A stretch of DNA of 63,870 bases, filler included, from Octopus bimaculoides (lineage: Eukaryota): the NCBI RefSeq assembly GCF_001194135.2. It is 7 parts of 7 records of this genome, joined end to end, with 100 filler letters (N's around TTAATTAATTAA, not from the genome) between each part and the next. Parts side by side here need not be neighbours in the genome. Positions count along the whole stretch, not along the records: positions 1 to 15,849 come from NC_068981.1; 6 more parts are not named here. One strand, 5' to 3'. How positions within the stretch are numbered: the first letter of the stretch is position 1; every line of letters starts with the position of its first letter. Made by a program: the position numbers and the translations under genes. A model generated the notes under the pieces. The model made no database searches, was not told the origin of the DNA, and was given only the letters and a program-made list of their open reading frames with translations. Positions 1-11,513 of this stretch are shown here, piece after piece.

Positions 1-1130
1 ATCCTGAGACCCTCTCTGCTCCATCGGTGGTACTGCGGATGGCCTTCTACCTTCTCACTCTTTCGATGCCCAAACTGCTGAAGGCTCTGGTCAGGGAACG
101 GGCTGCGAAACCCTTGCATCCAACCTCCACTGGGAGACACATCGCTCTCCAACCAGACCGCTGCCAGTCACTGACCAGGCCCGCGTACTTGGAGAACTTT
201 GTCTCAAAAGTTTCTTCCAGGCGATTCTCCCATGGGAGAGTCTGCTCCAGTAGTACCACTTGCTTAGTGGACTCAGACACGAGGACAATGTCTGGTTGCA
301 GGGTGGTGACCGCAATATGGCCAGGGAACTTCAGCTGATGCTCAAGATCCACCAGTAGCTACCAGTTTCTTGCAGATGTTGGGCTACCCTCTGATGTCTT
401 TCTGGCAGGGGTAGGCTGTCCTCCAGCTCTGACAAAGGCGATGGTTTTCTTGGAGGGTCGGAACCGCTTCGTTCACACAAGTCCTGCGCTGATGGCTGCA
501 GCAATGGCCTTAAGGACTTAGTCATGCCTCCAGGGGTACCGTCCTCCTCCAAGTGACCCCATGCAGCAACTTAGGATGTGTTCCAGGGTTCCTCGCTTGG
601 AGCACAACGCGCATGCTGGTGTCTCTGCTATGCCCCATGTGTGCAGGTTTGATGGGCTTGGAAGGACATCATACACGGCTTGGATGAAGAATTTAATGCG
701 GTGAAGCTCGGCTTCCCACAGCTCAGCCCAGGTCCCTTTCCTCTCAACCGCATTCTCCCATCTTGTCCAAGTTACCTGTTGCTTCATTCCCATTGCCTTG
801 CATGTTCTCATTTCCTCTAATGCAGCTCTCACCTCCTGGACAAGGTGGTACCCTTCATTCCCGCTGGTGTTCGTTTGGGGAGTCGGAAAGGAGCCTAACC
901 CAGCTCTGCCTCGTGTGACTACTCCCACGAGCCTCCTTTGGCGTAGCCTTGCCTCTGCCTCTTGAACTGCGTCCCCTGCTCTCCACTTCCTGCTGGTCCT
1001 CACTTGGATCCCTGCTTAGCCAACTTCGGATCACAAGAGTCCCGGTACTGGGCCACTTCTCTGACTCTTGCCACCTTGAATTCTTCTGCCAATGATTTGA
1101 ATGGCAACTTGAGCTTGGTGTTGTTGCCGT
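1..1130 (-). mobile_element. 5'-truncated RLE-type non-LTR retrotransposon (HERO/NeSL-like), C-terminal ORF with nonsense mutations; runs off the window start
   Basis: One minus-strand frame (ORFs 518-1003 and 47-352, same frame, separated by in-frame stops) encodes a CCHC knuckle CALCSKRGTLEHILSCC, then RHD*V, then an RLE endonuclease LQPDIVLVS..VVLLEQTLPWE..KFSKYAGL..PVEVGCKGF. Upstream KLPFKSLAEEFKVARVRE and VRTSRKWRA are typical of HERO-like ORFs. Much more GC-rich than the flanks. Confidence 0.85.
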
Positions 1131-1139
1131 TTGGAGTTG

Positions 1140-1330
1140 TATTTGTGTGTATGTGTTTGCCCATTCCACATCGCTTGACAACTGATGTTTGTGAGTTTAC
1201 ATCCTCGTCAATTAGCGGTTCGGCAAAAGTGAGCGATAGAACAAGTACTAGGCTTACAAAGAATAAGTCCTGGTGTCGATTTGTTCGACCAAAGGTGGTG
1301 TTACAGCATGGCCGCAGTGAAATGGCAGTA
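1140..1330 (+). mobile_element. 3' half of family-A SINE (CORE-type tRNA SINE, octopus OR-like)
   Basis: Body tagcggttcggcaaaag..agtactaggcttacaaagaataagtcctgg..cagcatggccgcagt recurs more than 10 times in the window (e.g. 22650-22790, 55756-55880). Confidence 0.7.
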
Positions 1331-2092
1331 TATTTTGTAACTTTTACGTTTATTATTAAACAGTAAATTCTTGACTACAGCATTCCTTGGCGTTTTGACA
1401 TATAACCATATAATCTACGTTTATAATTTTTCGGGCGTCTTCATAAGCGTAGATCCTTTTGTAAACTATGCTAAGTAAAATCAGAGTAGCTGATTAAGGA
1501 GGACACTTGAATAGATCTTACTCAGAAAGGAGTGTTCAGCCAGATGCAAATTCCAAACATGAATGCCCATTTTGGATTAAAATATCAAGAACTTTTCATA
1601 TTGTTAAAGTCTACGTTAATGTAATCTGTCGGAATATGAAGTGCTTCTATTAATAATATTCCAAGCAAATGAGAGGCACTAATGTCTTTAGTTTTCATTA
1701 ACAAGTTAACAAGTGGTTACAAATGTTCATGACATTTGATATGAAAACTACAATCTCGTGTTTTTCAATCCGGAGTCCATTAGTGACTTATTTGCTGAAC
1801 AAAGCTTTCTAGCGAATGTGCTTCAGTATTTATTTTTTTTACTTTTCATAATGGGTTTTATGTGATAGAGCTTTGTAGATGGTAAAGGTATGATCTGATG
1901 GAGTTGATGTCAAGTGCCGCTTTAAAGGCTTATAATCCCAACAACAGAGGACAGAAACAATGTTTATGTATGTATGTATGTATGTATGTATGTATGTATG
2001 TATGTATGTGTGTATGCATGATGTATGATGTATATATGAAAGGAATGAAGTATTTCTGTAGGTATTTCTCTCTCACCTTCTCCCTCTTTATA

Positions 2093-2153
<61 letters not shown>

Positions 2154-2765
2154 GTGTATATATATATATATACTCACACACATTATACAAACATTATACA
2201 TACACATTCACACATGTATGCTTATGTAAATATGTATATATATATCCATTTGTGTATGGTTATACACATGTATTACTGATGTAAATACTCTTGCTATATG
2301 TATATAGACACATCTGCTACGATGATCGAAATTCCTTCAACTCATGATAATGATTAAGTGCACCATATTGAAGTGAGTCATACATAGATCAAAAGATTAG
2401 CAGATCGTAAATGATCATTAGAAATACTGGTACAATATAGAGTTGTTCATTTTATGTAAAAGCTTTACACAGAAATGCACCAATAATTGTTGTTTGATCT
2501 GTATGCACATTCATAATGAATTAAGGTGTATACTATACTACTTTTGGCTTAAAAAAAACCCAGTATATGATCAAGAATCATAAGGAAAATTTTGTATCGA
2601 AATCAGCAATGGCTCCCATTCCCATATTTGTTTATATGTGCTTGTGTTTTTGTGTGTATGTATTTGTGTCTGTGCATGTGTCCCACCTCTTGACCACTGT
2701 TGTTAGTGTGTCTATGTCCCCATTGATCATAGGTTTGGTAAAAGACGGTGACAGAATAAATACCA

Positions 2766-2880
2766 CTACACCATCTGCCCCTGGGCAGATGGCGTAGTGG
2801 TTAAGAGCGCGGGCTACTAACTCAAAATTCCAATTTCGATTCCAAGTGGTGACCTGAACAACAACAACAACAACAACAAC

Positions 2881-2927
<47 letters not shown>

Positions 2928-3098
2928 GATCGAAAATACCTTAGGAATGAGAACCCAGGTCCGAAATTTCCCCAAGACACCTGAAGAGGGCTGGAGGGTA
3001 TATCAGCCGAAACGTTCTGTTAAAAACAAACAAGATGAGGGCAAATATCTGTCGAATGTAAAGAATGTACATAATTCCTCATCTCTTAAATATAGAAC
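2766..3098 (+). mobile_element. tRNA-headed SINE-like element with (AAC)n(AAT)n middle and hammerhead-containing tail; 11-bp TSD; short inverted 5' duplication
   Basis: A-box TGGCGTAGTGG 2790-2800; degenerate B-box TTTCGATTCC 2834-2843; microsatellite ~2857-2926; HHR 2976-3021; TSD AATAAATACCA at 2755-2765 and 3099-3109; 2762-2780 is an 18/19 inverted copy of 2783-2801. Confidence 0.7.
2976..3021 (+). ncRNA. Minimal type-I hammerhead ribozyme motif
   Basis: GACAC-CTGAAGA-G-GGCTG(gagggtatat)CAGCC-GAAA-CGTT-CTGTT. Core CUGAnGA and GAAA present; 5-bp stem II; self-complementary ACGU helix III; GUU site. Stem I GACA/TGTT has a C.C mismatch at the first pair. Confidence 0.65.
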
Positions 3099-3867
3099 AA
3101 TAAATACCAGGTTTTATAATAGATAACTACTGGGGTCAATTCATTCCACTAAAAAATCGTCAAGGTGTTGCTCCAGCATGGCCGCAGTCTAACGACTGAA
3201 ACAAGTACGAGATAAAAGATAAAAGATAAAGCGTGAGAAACCCCGATGAAATACAAGATTATTCAAGAACTTATAGGAAATTGCATTTCATATAACTAAC
3301 ATTATCACACACACACACAAAAAAACCAAAAAAAAACCCAGAATACTTATGATAAAATTCATACGCAAAAATAAACTACATTTCGATTTTTTTGGTACTA
3401 AGTGGGCTACTCTTCTGAATAGAGATACATATTTAAATATACAGACGCATATTTTTATTCCTTAACTCCATATACTGGGTCCCCAACAAAAACAAAATTT
3501 TCTCTAATTTCTAGTCGGATGTTTCACCTTCAAATTCATTTTCAGACAGAATCCTTATATATATATATAATTTTTATTTTCAAGCTTACGCACAAAGGTT
3601 TATTAATCTAATAAGTGCGCACAGCACAAAGAAAAATAAGGAAAAGAAACAAATATTATTTTTGTAGTATATAAAATGATCGAAAAAAAATCCCAGTAAA
3701 ATATATGAAAATCGATTTGAGTCAAGCGATGTAGATAGAAAAAAAAAAAAACTATTCATAAAACAGCCATACAAAAGTGAACAGAAATGAATAGATAAAA
3801 GCAACACGTTTGTATAACAATATATAACTATATATAACTGCATGGATGGATACATACACAGATATGC

Positions 3868-3905
<38 letters not shown>

Positions 3906-4116
3906 AAATAAAATATGTTGAAGTAGGCTTATATAAATATATATATATTTGTGTAAGTGCGTGTGTATATGCTTGTATATGTATATATGAATATATGTAG
4001 GCTTTCATGGTTTACTGTAGTAAAGAGCAAACGGGTGAGATTTAGAAAATATGTGCGTGTGTGAGTGTGAGAGTGAGAAAGACAGAGAAAAAGAGAAAGA
4101 GAGAGGCAAAGAGAGA

Positions 4117-4159
<43 letters not shown>

Positions 4160-5399
4160 GGACAGACAAACAAAGAGTCAGAGAGAGTGAGGGGGAAGGA
4201 GGTAGAGAAAAATAAATAATTTTATCGAATTATCTTCCCCTAAAAAGAAAAAGAAAATATATGCATTTTGATAAGCCGAATGAACGAAATTAAATAAAAA
4301 TAATTAAAATGGAAAGAAAATAAGGGAATATAGTCATATATTCAAATACATATTCGCTGCCATCTCNNNNNNNNNNNNNNNNNNNNNNNNNNNNNNNNNN
4401 NNNNNNNNNNNNNNNNNNNNNNNNNNNNNNNNNNNNNNNNNNNNNNNNNNNNNNNNNNNNNNNNNNNNNNNNNNNNNNNNNNNNNNNNNNNNNNNNNNNN
4501 NNNNNNNNNNNNNNNNNNNNNNNNNNNNNNNNNNNNNNNNNNNNNNNNNNNNNNNNNNNNNNNNNNNNNNNNNNNNNNNNNNNNNNNNNNNNNNNNNNNN
4601 NNNNNNNNNNNNNNNNNNNNNNNNNNNNNNNNNNNNNNNNNNNNNNNNNNNNNNNNNNNNNNNNNNNNNNNNNNNNNNNNNNNNNNNNNNNNNNNNNNNN
4701 NNNNNNNNNNNNNNNNNNNNNNNNNNNNNNNNNNNNNNNNNNNNNNNNNNNNNNNNNNNNNNNNNNNNNNNNNNNNNNNNNNNNNNNNNNNNNNNNNAAA
4801 CACATTCAAATATATATCTGTATAAGTGTGTACTACATGTTTGCATCAAACGTTATGAACAAGATTACTTCTATGTTTTTGTCACATCTCCCTCTTTCTC
4901 TCGTTCTTTCCCCCCCTCTTTCTCTCGCTCTTTCCCTCCCTCTTTCTCTCTCTCTCACCACATCACTTTGGCATCAGAATCCGTAGTATCCGTGGGCATC
5001 CTGTTGATCATCATCATTGGTTCAGTTCACCAGGCGATACAGAATTACCAGATGAAGTCAGAGGATTTAGAAATCAAAATTCTCACTATTTCCATCTTCT
5101 TCGCGTCGAAAATGATCGTAGCAGGTTCATACTATAAAGAAAATTTTAAAACATCTTACATTAGTTTACGAAGTAGCACCAGCGTAATCACCAAAAAATA
5201 TAGACTTAGTCAGTTTCCTTACTTCCACTGTGAGTTGTTCTCTAGAACTCCATTAGAAAAATTATATCTAGACTGTTTAATCAATTTAAACATTATAGCA
5301 GGTCGCTTGCTAGAGATCGTCCTATAGGCTGCATTCGACTGGAATTCTTTTTTTTTTCAGTATATGGTCAACAGGTGTCGTGAATCGGGTTGAGAGAGA

Positions 5400-5461
<62 letters not shown>

Positions 5462-6998
5462 GGACTGTTAGGACATTTCTTGTTTTACTATTTCATTATA
5501 GATTTTGTATTTTAACCCCGAATAAACTCCAGTCTTTTCTAATGGTATCCTACCTGCTAGAGACCCTTTTTTTTTAAATTGCCACTAAAATGCTCTGTAC
5601 TAATTAAAAAATAACCCAGTTCGTTAGACATTATATAATACGGAAATATCTAGTAAATGCTTTATAGCATATCTCAGAAATTACGAAATATAGGAGTATA
5701 TGAAATTAAAAAAAAAGTAGACTGGTGTAGCGGACAATAAAGTGCTACGAAACATAAGATAGAGACATTTGGAGAAAGCGGGATGTAAACTGAACGGAAG
5801 AATAAATTTAGGACAGCGGAAATGAGACACATGTGATAAATAGTTGGACACGGAAATTGGAGCTATTCCGAGAGGTCAGAAACTGGCAGCAGTGGTCAAA
5901 ACACTTGGGTTAATACACCTTCTACCAGTTGAAATGGTAATGTTAGATAGTCATTTTATTGCTATTGTTGTTTACAAATATAGAATTTATAAAACTGGCG
6001 GAATTAGTGCAAGATAATTGTTGTTTAGTTGGAGCATAACCTTGACCGAACGTATCACTGGTAAAAGTATTAGATTGTCTAATAAACCTGTCTTTCCGTG
6101 TTAGTGTAGTAAACTGTAATTTAAATTCTAGCTATTAATACTAGCAAGTCAGGTGACAGACAATGTGAAGTTCAAACTGTTAGTTGTTTCGTAGATCAAT
6201 GTTTTTGATAAACAAACTGAAATAGAAAACGAAAATGTACAAAAAACAGGAAAGTGAATAAACTGAAAATCAACGAACAAAAAGGAGAAATAAACGATAA
6301 AAGTTTAGTAAAGGTAAATCAAAATATATAGTGAAAAAGATGAAAAAAATTATACGAAACAGACGATACAAGTCTTTCGCTCTTATAGCCTAATGTAATC
6401 TCTAGAGAAAGAACATATATAAGAAACAAATAGATACGTATAAATCTATACACTGCTGTTTTCACAGCGTATTATTCATACCAGTGCAATATTTATAAGT
6501 GCAGAAATGGTCATACACAACTATCTCTCTCGCTCCTTCCCCACAACATATGTAAAAAAATGGCTGATTATCTGTCCGTCTCATATTTATTTATTTATTA
6601 AAGTAATTGTTGATATCACGATAAGTGAAAAGCGATGTACACGATTAACTAGCAGGGTTCGTGTATGTATGTATGTGTGTATGTATGATTGTATGTATGT
6701 ATGTATGTATGTATGTATGTATGTGTGTGTATGTATGTATGTATGTATATATATATGTGTGTATATATGCATGTATGTTTNNNNNNNNNNNNNNNNNNNN
6801 NNNNNNNNNNNNNNNNNNNNNNNNNNNNNNNNNNNNNNNNNNNNNNNNNNNNNNNNNNNNNNNNNNNNNNNNNNNNNNNNNNNNNNNNNNNNNNNNATGC
6901 TGCTTTCATCATAAGAATTAAGAATATGCAAGAGATATAAAATTAGTTGGTTTTAACAGTGGAACTCGAAGTAGATAAAGCTATAACTAATACCGTGT

Positions 6999-7115
6999 AG
7001 GATATTTAGTTTAAAATTATGGATGGGAAATGTTAAAGGATATTTAGTTTAAAATTATGGATGGGAAATGTTAAAGGATATTTAGTTTAAAATTATGGAT
7101 GGGAAATGTTAAAGG
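6999..7115. repeat. Perfect 38-bp tandem repeat, 3 copies
   Basis: aggatatttagtttaaaattatggatgggaaatgttaa at 6999, 7037 and 7075, with no spacers. Confidence 0.95.
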
Positions 7116-7599
7116 CTGCCTGCGGTTCTAGACCTCATATCTTCTGTAAAGAAAACCGGCATGACATCGGTGTGACATTTCGAACTTTCTGCATTCATTT
7201 CAGAAGCTTTGCAAGAAATGCATGCTCGCTCTTATTTATAATAATGTACATATTTCGAAACATATGAAGTAAATCGTTTCTTACGGTATAACTCGAAGTA
7301 GATAAAACTATAAATAATCATTTCTACCATAGGCACAATATATGGATAGATCGCAAGATCATATGTCAAATACCGGTCATCCGAATATAGTTCCTAAAAT
7401 TCATGTGTATGAAGAGTTGTGGGCGCGATGTATACACCAAGTTATGTATGGTCGGGATTGCAATATGTGAATGTCTGTGTAGGCATCTGGGTAATTGTTC
7501 AATGAATATGTTTATAATGCACTCCTTTGTTAACATTATCGAGAGTGACTCCTCAGAGCATAACTGGCATTTCCGGGATATAGTGTTGTAGGGACTCGC

Positions 7600-7685
7600 G
7601 TCTCTTCTACTCTAGGCACAAGGCCCGAAATTCTGGGGGAGAGGGCCAGTCGATTAGATCGACTCGAGTACGCAATTGGTAATAA
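7600..7685 (-). mobile_element. 3' tail of family-B SINE
   Basis: Reverse complement of ..atctaatcgactggccc..ggccttgtgcctagagtagaa, as in the 11081 and 47086 copies; cut by a gap. Confidence 0.7.
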
Positions 7686-8097
7686 AGTTATNNNNNNNNN
7701 NNNNNNNNNNNNNNNNNNNNNNNNNNNNNNNNNNNNNNNNNNNNNNNNNNNNNNNNNNNNNNNNNNNNNNNNNNNNNNNNNNNNNNNNNNNNNNNNNNNN
7801 NNNNNNNNNNNNNNNNNNNNNNNNNNNNNNNNNNNNNNNNNNNNNNNNNNNNNNNNNNNNNNNNNNNNNNNNNNNNNNNNNNNNNNNNNNNNNNNNNNNN
7901 NNNNNNNNNNNNNNNNNNNNNNNNNNNNNNNNNNNNNNNNNNNNNNNNNNNNNNNNNNNNNNNNNNNNNNNNNNNNNNNNNNNNNNNNNNNNNNNNNNNN
8001 NNNNNNNNNNNNNNNNNNNNNNNNNNNNNNNNNNNNNNNNNNNNNNNNNNNNNNNNNNNNNNNNNNNNNNNNNNNNNNNNNNNNNNNNNNNNNNNNN

Positions 8098-8375
8098 TCT
8101 AAAGGAGACTACGGCAGCGGTACTGGAAATTAATAGTTATCGCCAAGCCAACATGGCAGTCCCAAAATTAGGACGAAAGCTGCCGTGAATTAGCTCCAAG
8201 AAGCCATCGCCTCTAGCTAGCTATGTGACACACGAAACCTGTGTCCTTTATAACCTTCGAACAGGGGAGGTCAGCAGTGTCCCCCTGCTGGTTTGGCATC
8301 TGCAGACTAGTTTCAGGGTGTTGCCCCTTGTCAATGCAGAGCAGCCAAGCCTTAGCCAGGCGGCGCTGCTGACTA
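8098..8375. other. Unclassified GC-enriched, highly structured repeat-like segment
   Basis: Abrupt GC-rich block between a gap and (TA)n, with multiple short stems (GGCAG/CTGCC, GTCC/GGAC, GACAC/GTGTC, GGGGA/TCCCC, CAGCAG/CTGCTG). Confidence 0.35.
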
Positions 8376-11080
8376 TCTATATATATATATATGTGTGTAT
8401 ATACATATTTCTGCATATATATACATACATATATAGATACATACGTAAATATACACACACATACACATACACACAAACACATGTGTATATAACATCCCAT
8501 GGGAGCAAAGCATATATGTTTCCCATAATGTTTCGTTGATGTAAATTTAAGAGAATAACAACTGATAACCATTTTAAGTGCTGTAAAGAAATTCAACTCT
8601 TTCTAACATGAAAGAATAAATGATTTTGACAAATAGTGCTGAGATACTTATGCCTTTAAAATCAGACATACGTAGTACATTCTATGGATTTTCCAGTTGA
8701 AAAATATCTTTGAACTATTATTGATCATTTTGTTTTGCATCCTCATTGCAAAAATCACATCAACATTTGAGAGAAATAAATAAGAATTACAACTATTGAC
8801 TGCTTCAATTTTAATAATGATTTTGAGAAAATTTCAACAGAAATTTATCGGCTCATCGAATGATAATTGATTCAACGTCTTGGGCGTTTAATGCAGTTAC
8901 ATGTGCTTCCGTTTTTGGGATGTGAGATTATGCTCACTTCAAATCATTGTGGTTTCACGCTAGGTGGACATCGAGATATAAACTTGTTCCATTATCGGAG
9001 GGCTGAGAAGAGCACTATCGTATCGTGTCACACATATCACCAAAAGTCCAGTTTTAATACTAGACAAATTATTTCCACTCTAAATGATGGTAATTTTATC
9101 AGAATGTCAAACTACATCTGTGTAGAAATTTAAAATTCATTGTTGAATAATGTGAATTAATAAGAAAAATCCCAAAATATTACAAGGCATGAATGTATAC
9201 GCAATATACTGTATATTACACCGACGATCGTCAGAGGAACATCCATGAAGATGAAAATGTATGCTAAATAAACCAATCTAATATCATTCTGTTCTGTGTC
9301 ATACAGCTCTTTCGTGAACTGAATTGTTGCAGATAAACAACAAAAGATGTGGGTATTTTCAGTAAACTGATTTAAATATTTCAAACGGATGTTCATAATG
9401 GTGTCGTCGTGAGCGGTTTCTCTTATTGTTATTGAATTGTGAAACTGATGTATGCCAGATAACCTCCCTGTCAGAAGGTTTCCATTTATGATTCACGATT
9501 ATACATAGATGACAATCAATTTTAACTATTAGATCAATCTGATTCTTTACAAGAACAGGAACAATTTACCGCTTTCTTTTGACAATGGATATGCTAACAA
9601 CAATAGATTATGCAGAAACAAATATATAAATAATTATAGAATGGAAGCTGCCGATGATGTATGATCATCAAGGTATCTATTTTTGTTGAATAATATAAAG
9701 CAGCGTTATATTATTTAGTGTATTGTCCACGAGTGGAGTTGTGAACACGGCTACTATTTCAATGGAAATATGTACTAGAAGAAAAAAATGGAGCAATTCT
9801 TTGGATGTAACGTTTGATCTTCACTATACATAGTAATCATTGTGCATTACAACAGTGAATACGCAACTCCTAACAGAGCGATAAAGGCATCAATGACATG
9901 GAAGTAGTGTGACAAAACTGAAGTGGGTGTAGTCACGCTCACACTCTCGCGCGCGCATATATGCATTCATAACCACACGAATGCAAAATGTCACATTAGG
10001 CCTTGTAAGCACCAATTTTCGATAGAAAAAAGAAGGTCCACTGGTATGTATGTATGTATGTGTGTGTGTGTGTGTGTATGTGTGTACGTGTGTGTGTGTG
10101 CATGCGAATGTGCACGTGCATATATGAATATTTAACGTATAAACAGAAACTGCGTGCACGAATCACCGTACTTTCAGAGTAGATTTTATTAACGGGATCG
10201 ATGTTTGTTCTTAGCTAATTGTTAACCTACATTTAAGTATATTTTCCTGATATAGAAAAACATATCTTGGAAATATTCCAGTAGCACACAAAATCACATA
10301 AACACACACACATACACACATACACAGACACATACACACACNNNNNNNNNNAAACACACACACATACACACATACACAGACACATACACACACACTCAGA
10401 CGCACACACTCACGCTCAAACAAACAAACAATCAAACAAACACACCCACAGCCATATTCCTCTTTCATCGATACTGCACTAAACAAGTAACTGGTCTGAT
10501 AGATACCAATAAGTACACGGTGGTGCACCAGCATGACCGCAGCCACTTGGCTGAAACCCATAAATAAAAAAAAAATGCTATATTTCACATGCCCGTCGTC
10601 CTGAAAATAAAAACAGTGATTATGCTAGAAAGCCTTTAATGACAAGGCGATTGGATCATTGCTGATGTCGGGTCAAACAACTTCTTCATTATATTATATT
10701 TATTTTTCTTTCAAGGCGAGGTTAAATGTATGAAATCGCGCCTATAATTTAGCTATCACAAGTAACTGTAATTCTAAAAAAAGTAATTATGTCAGCCTTG
10801 ATAGAGGCCTATCTCCGAAGAAATGTTTGTTGCGATCATCTGCTATTTTAGGTTGTATCATAAATATCAAGCGGTTAACCATGCTCTAGAGTTTAAAAGC
10901 TCTTACGCTGCGATCTTCTAAAAGTGTACGAATCATTATGATTATTATGCTCCTCATAGCTTTTCTCTAGACATTCTAATGCTGCAATATTTAGGTACCG
11001 TGCATCATATTGTTAGCTAAAGTACTTGGATTGGGGAACTTACATCCTTTCCCACCTGTTGGTTGATATCTAAGAGTAGT

Positions 11081-11297
11081 AAGACGGCGAGCTGGCAAAA
11101 TCGTTAGCACGCCGGACGAAATGCTTAGCGGTATTTCCTCTGTCTTTACGTTCTGAGTTCAAATTCCGTCGAGGTCGATTTGCCTTTCATCTTTTCGGGG
11201 GTCGATAAATTAAGTACCAGTTGCGTACAGGGGTTGATCTAATCGACTGGCCCCTTCCCCCAAAATTCCGGGCCTTGTGCCTAGAATAGAAAAGGAT
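11081..11297 (+). mobile_element. Full-length family-B SINE (tRNA-like head, central domain resembling the Meta domain)
   Basis: Head ggcgagctggcaaaatcgttagcacgcc..gagttcaaattcc; centre gaggtcga..tgcctttcatc..ggggtcgataaattaagtaccag; tail ggccttgtgcctagaatagaaaag. Homologous to 47086-47290 and 63331-63530. Confidence 0.85.
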
Positions 11298-11352
11298 ATT
11301 TAAGTGTAGTTGGTAGCACATAATTTGTGAAAGGGCAAATGTCATTAGTTCT

Positions 11353-11513
11353 TGTTTATTTTTTTAGGTTGGAGAACCATGGCACCATAAATTTTATCAG
11401 TTATGTAAATGATACTAACAAATCATTCTGTAGTTCAATGCGATATCTAGCGAACTGATTCGTTTATGCTGGAATCAATTACTGCTTTGCACGATATTGT
11501 AGCGTCAACTTGT
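11353..11513 (+). pseudogene. Decayed VWC-domain exon (pseudo-exon), paralogous to the exon at 20237
   Basis: C-LFF*-VGEPWHHKF-Y-QL-C-K-[2-nt loss]-DTNKSF-C-SSMR-Y-LAN-*-FVYAGIN-Y-C-FARY-C. Nine of the ten VWC Cys positions are TGY or one-step neighbours (TAY, TGA); the tenth is the deleted codon. QLC.CDTN is shared with the intact exon. Confidence 0.55.

Larger units (their letters stand above)
2640..3225 (+). mobile_element. Old family-A SINE 3' half, split by the insertion at 2766-3098
   Basis: SINE body stops at ..gacagAATAAATACCA (2765) and resumes after AATAAATACCA (3099-3109) with ggggtcaatt..ccagcatggccgcagtc..ctgaaacaagta. Confidence 0.65.

Noticed and set aside
2783-2850. tRNA-like heads (also 24260, 29596, 42980) as real tRNA genes
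   Set aside because: No complete cloverleaf or acceptor stem; each continues into a repeated SINE body.
6999-7115. 38-bp repeats as a CRISPR array
   Set aside because: No spacers, eukaryotic context, no cas genes.
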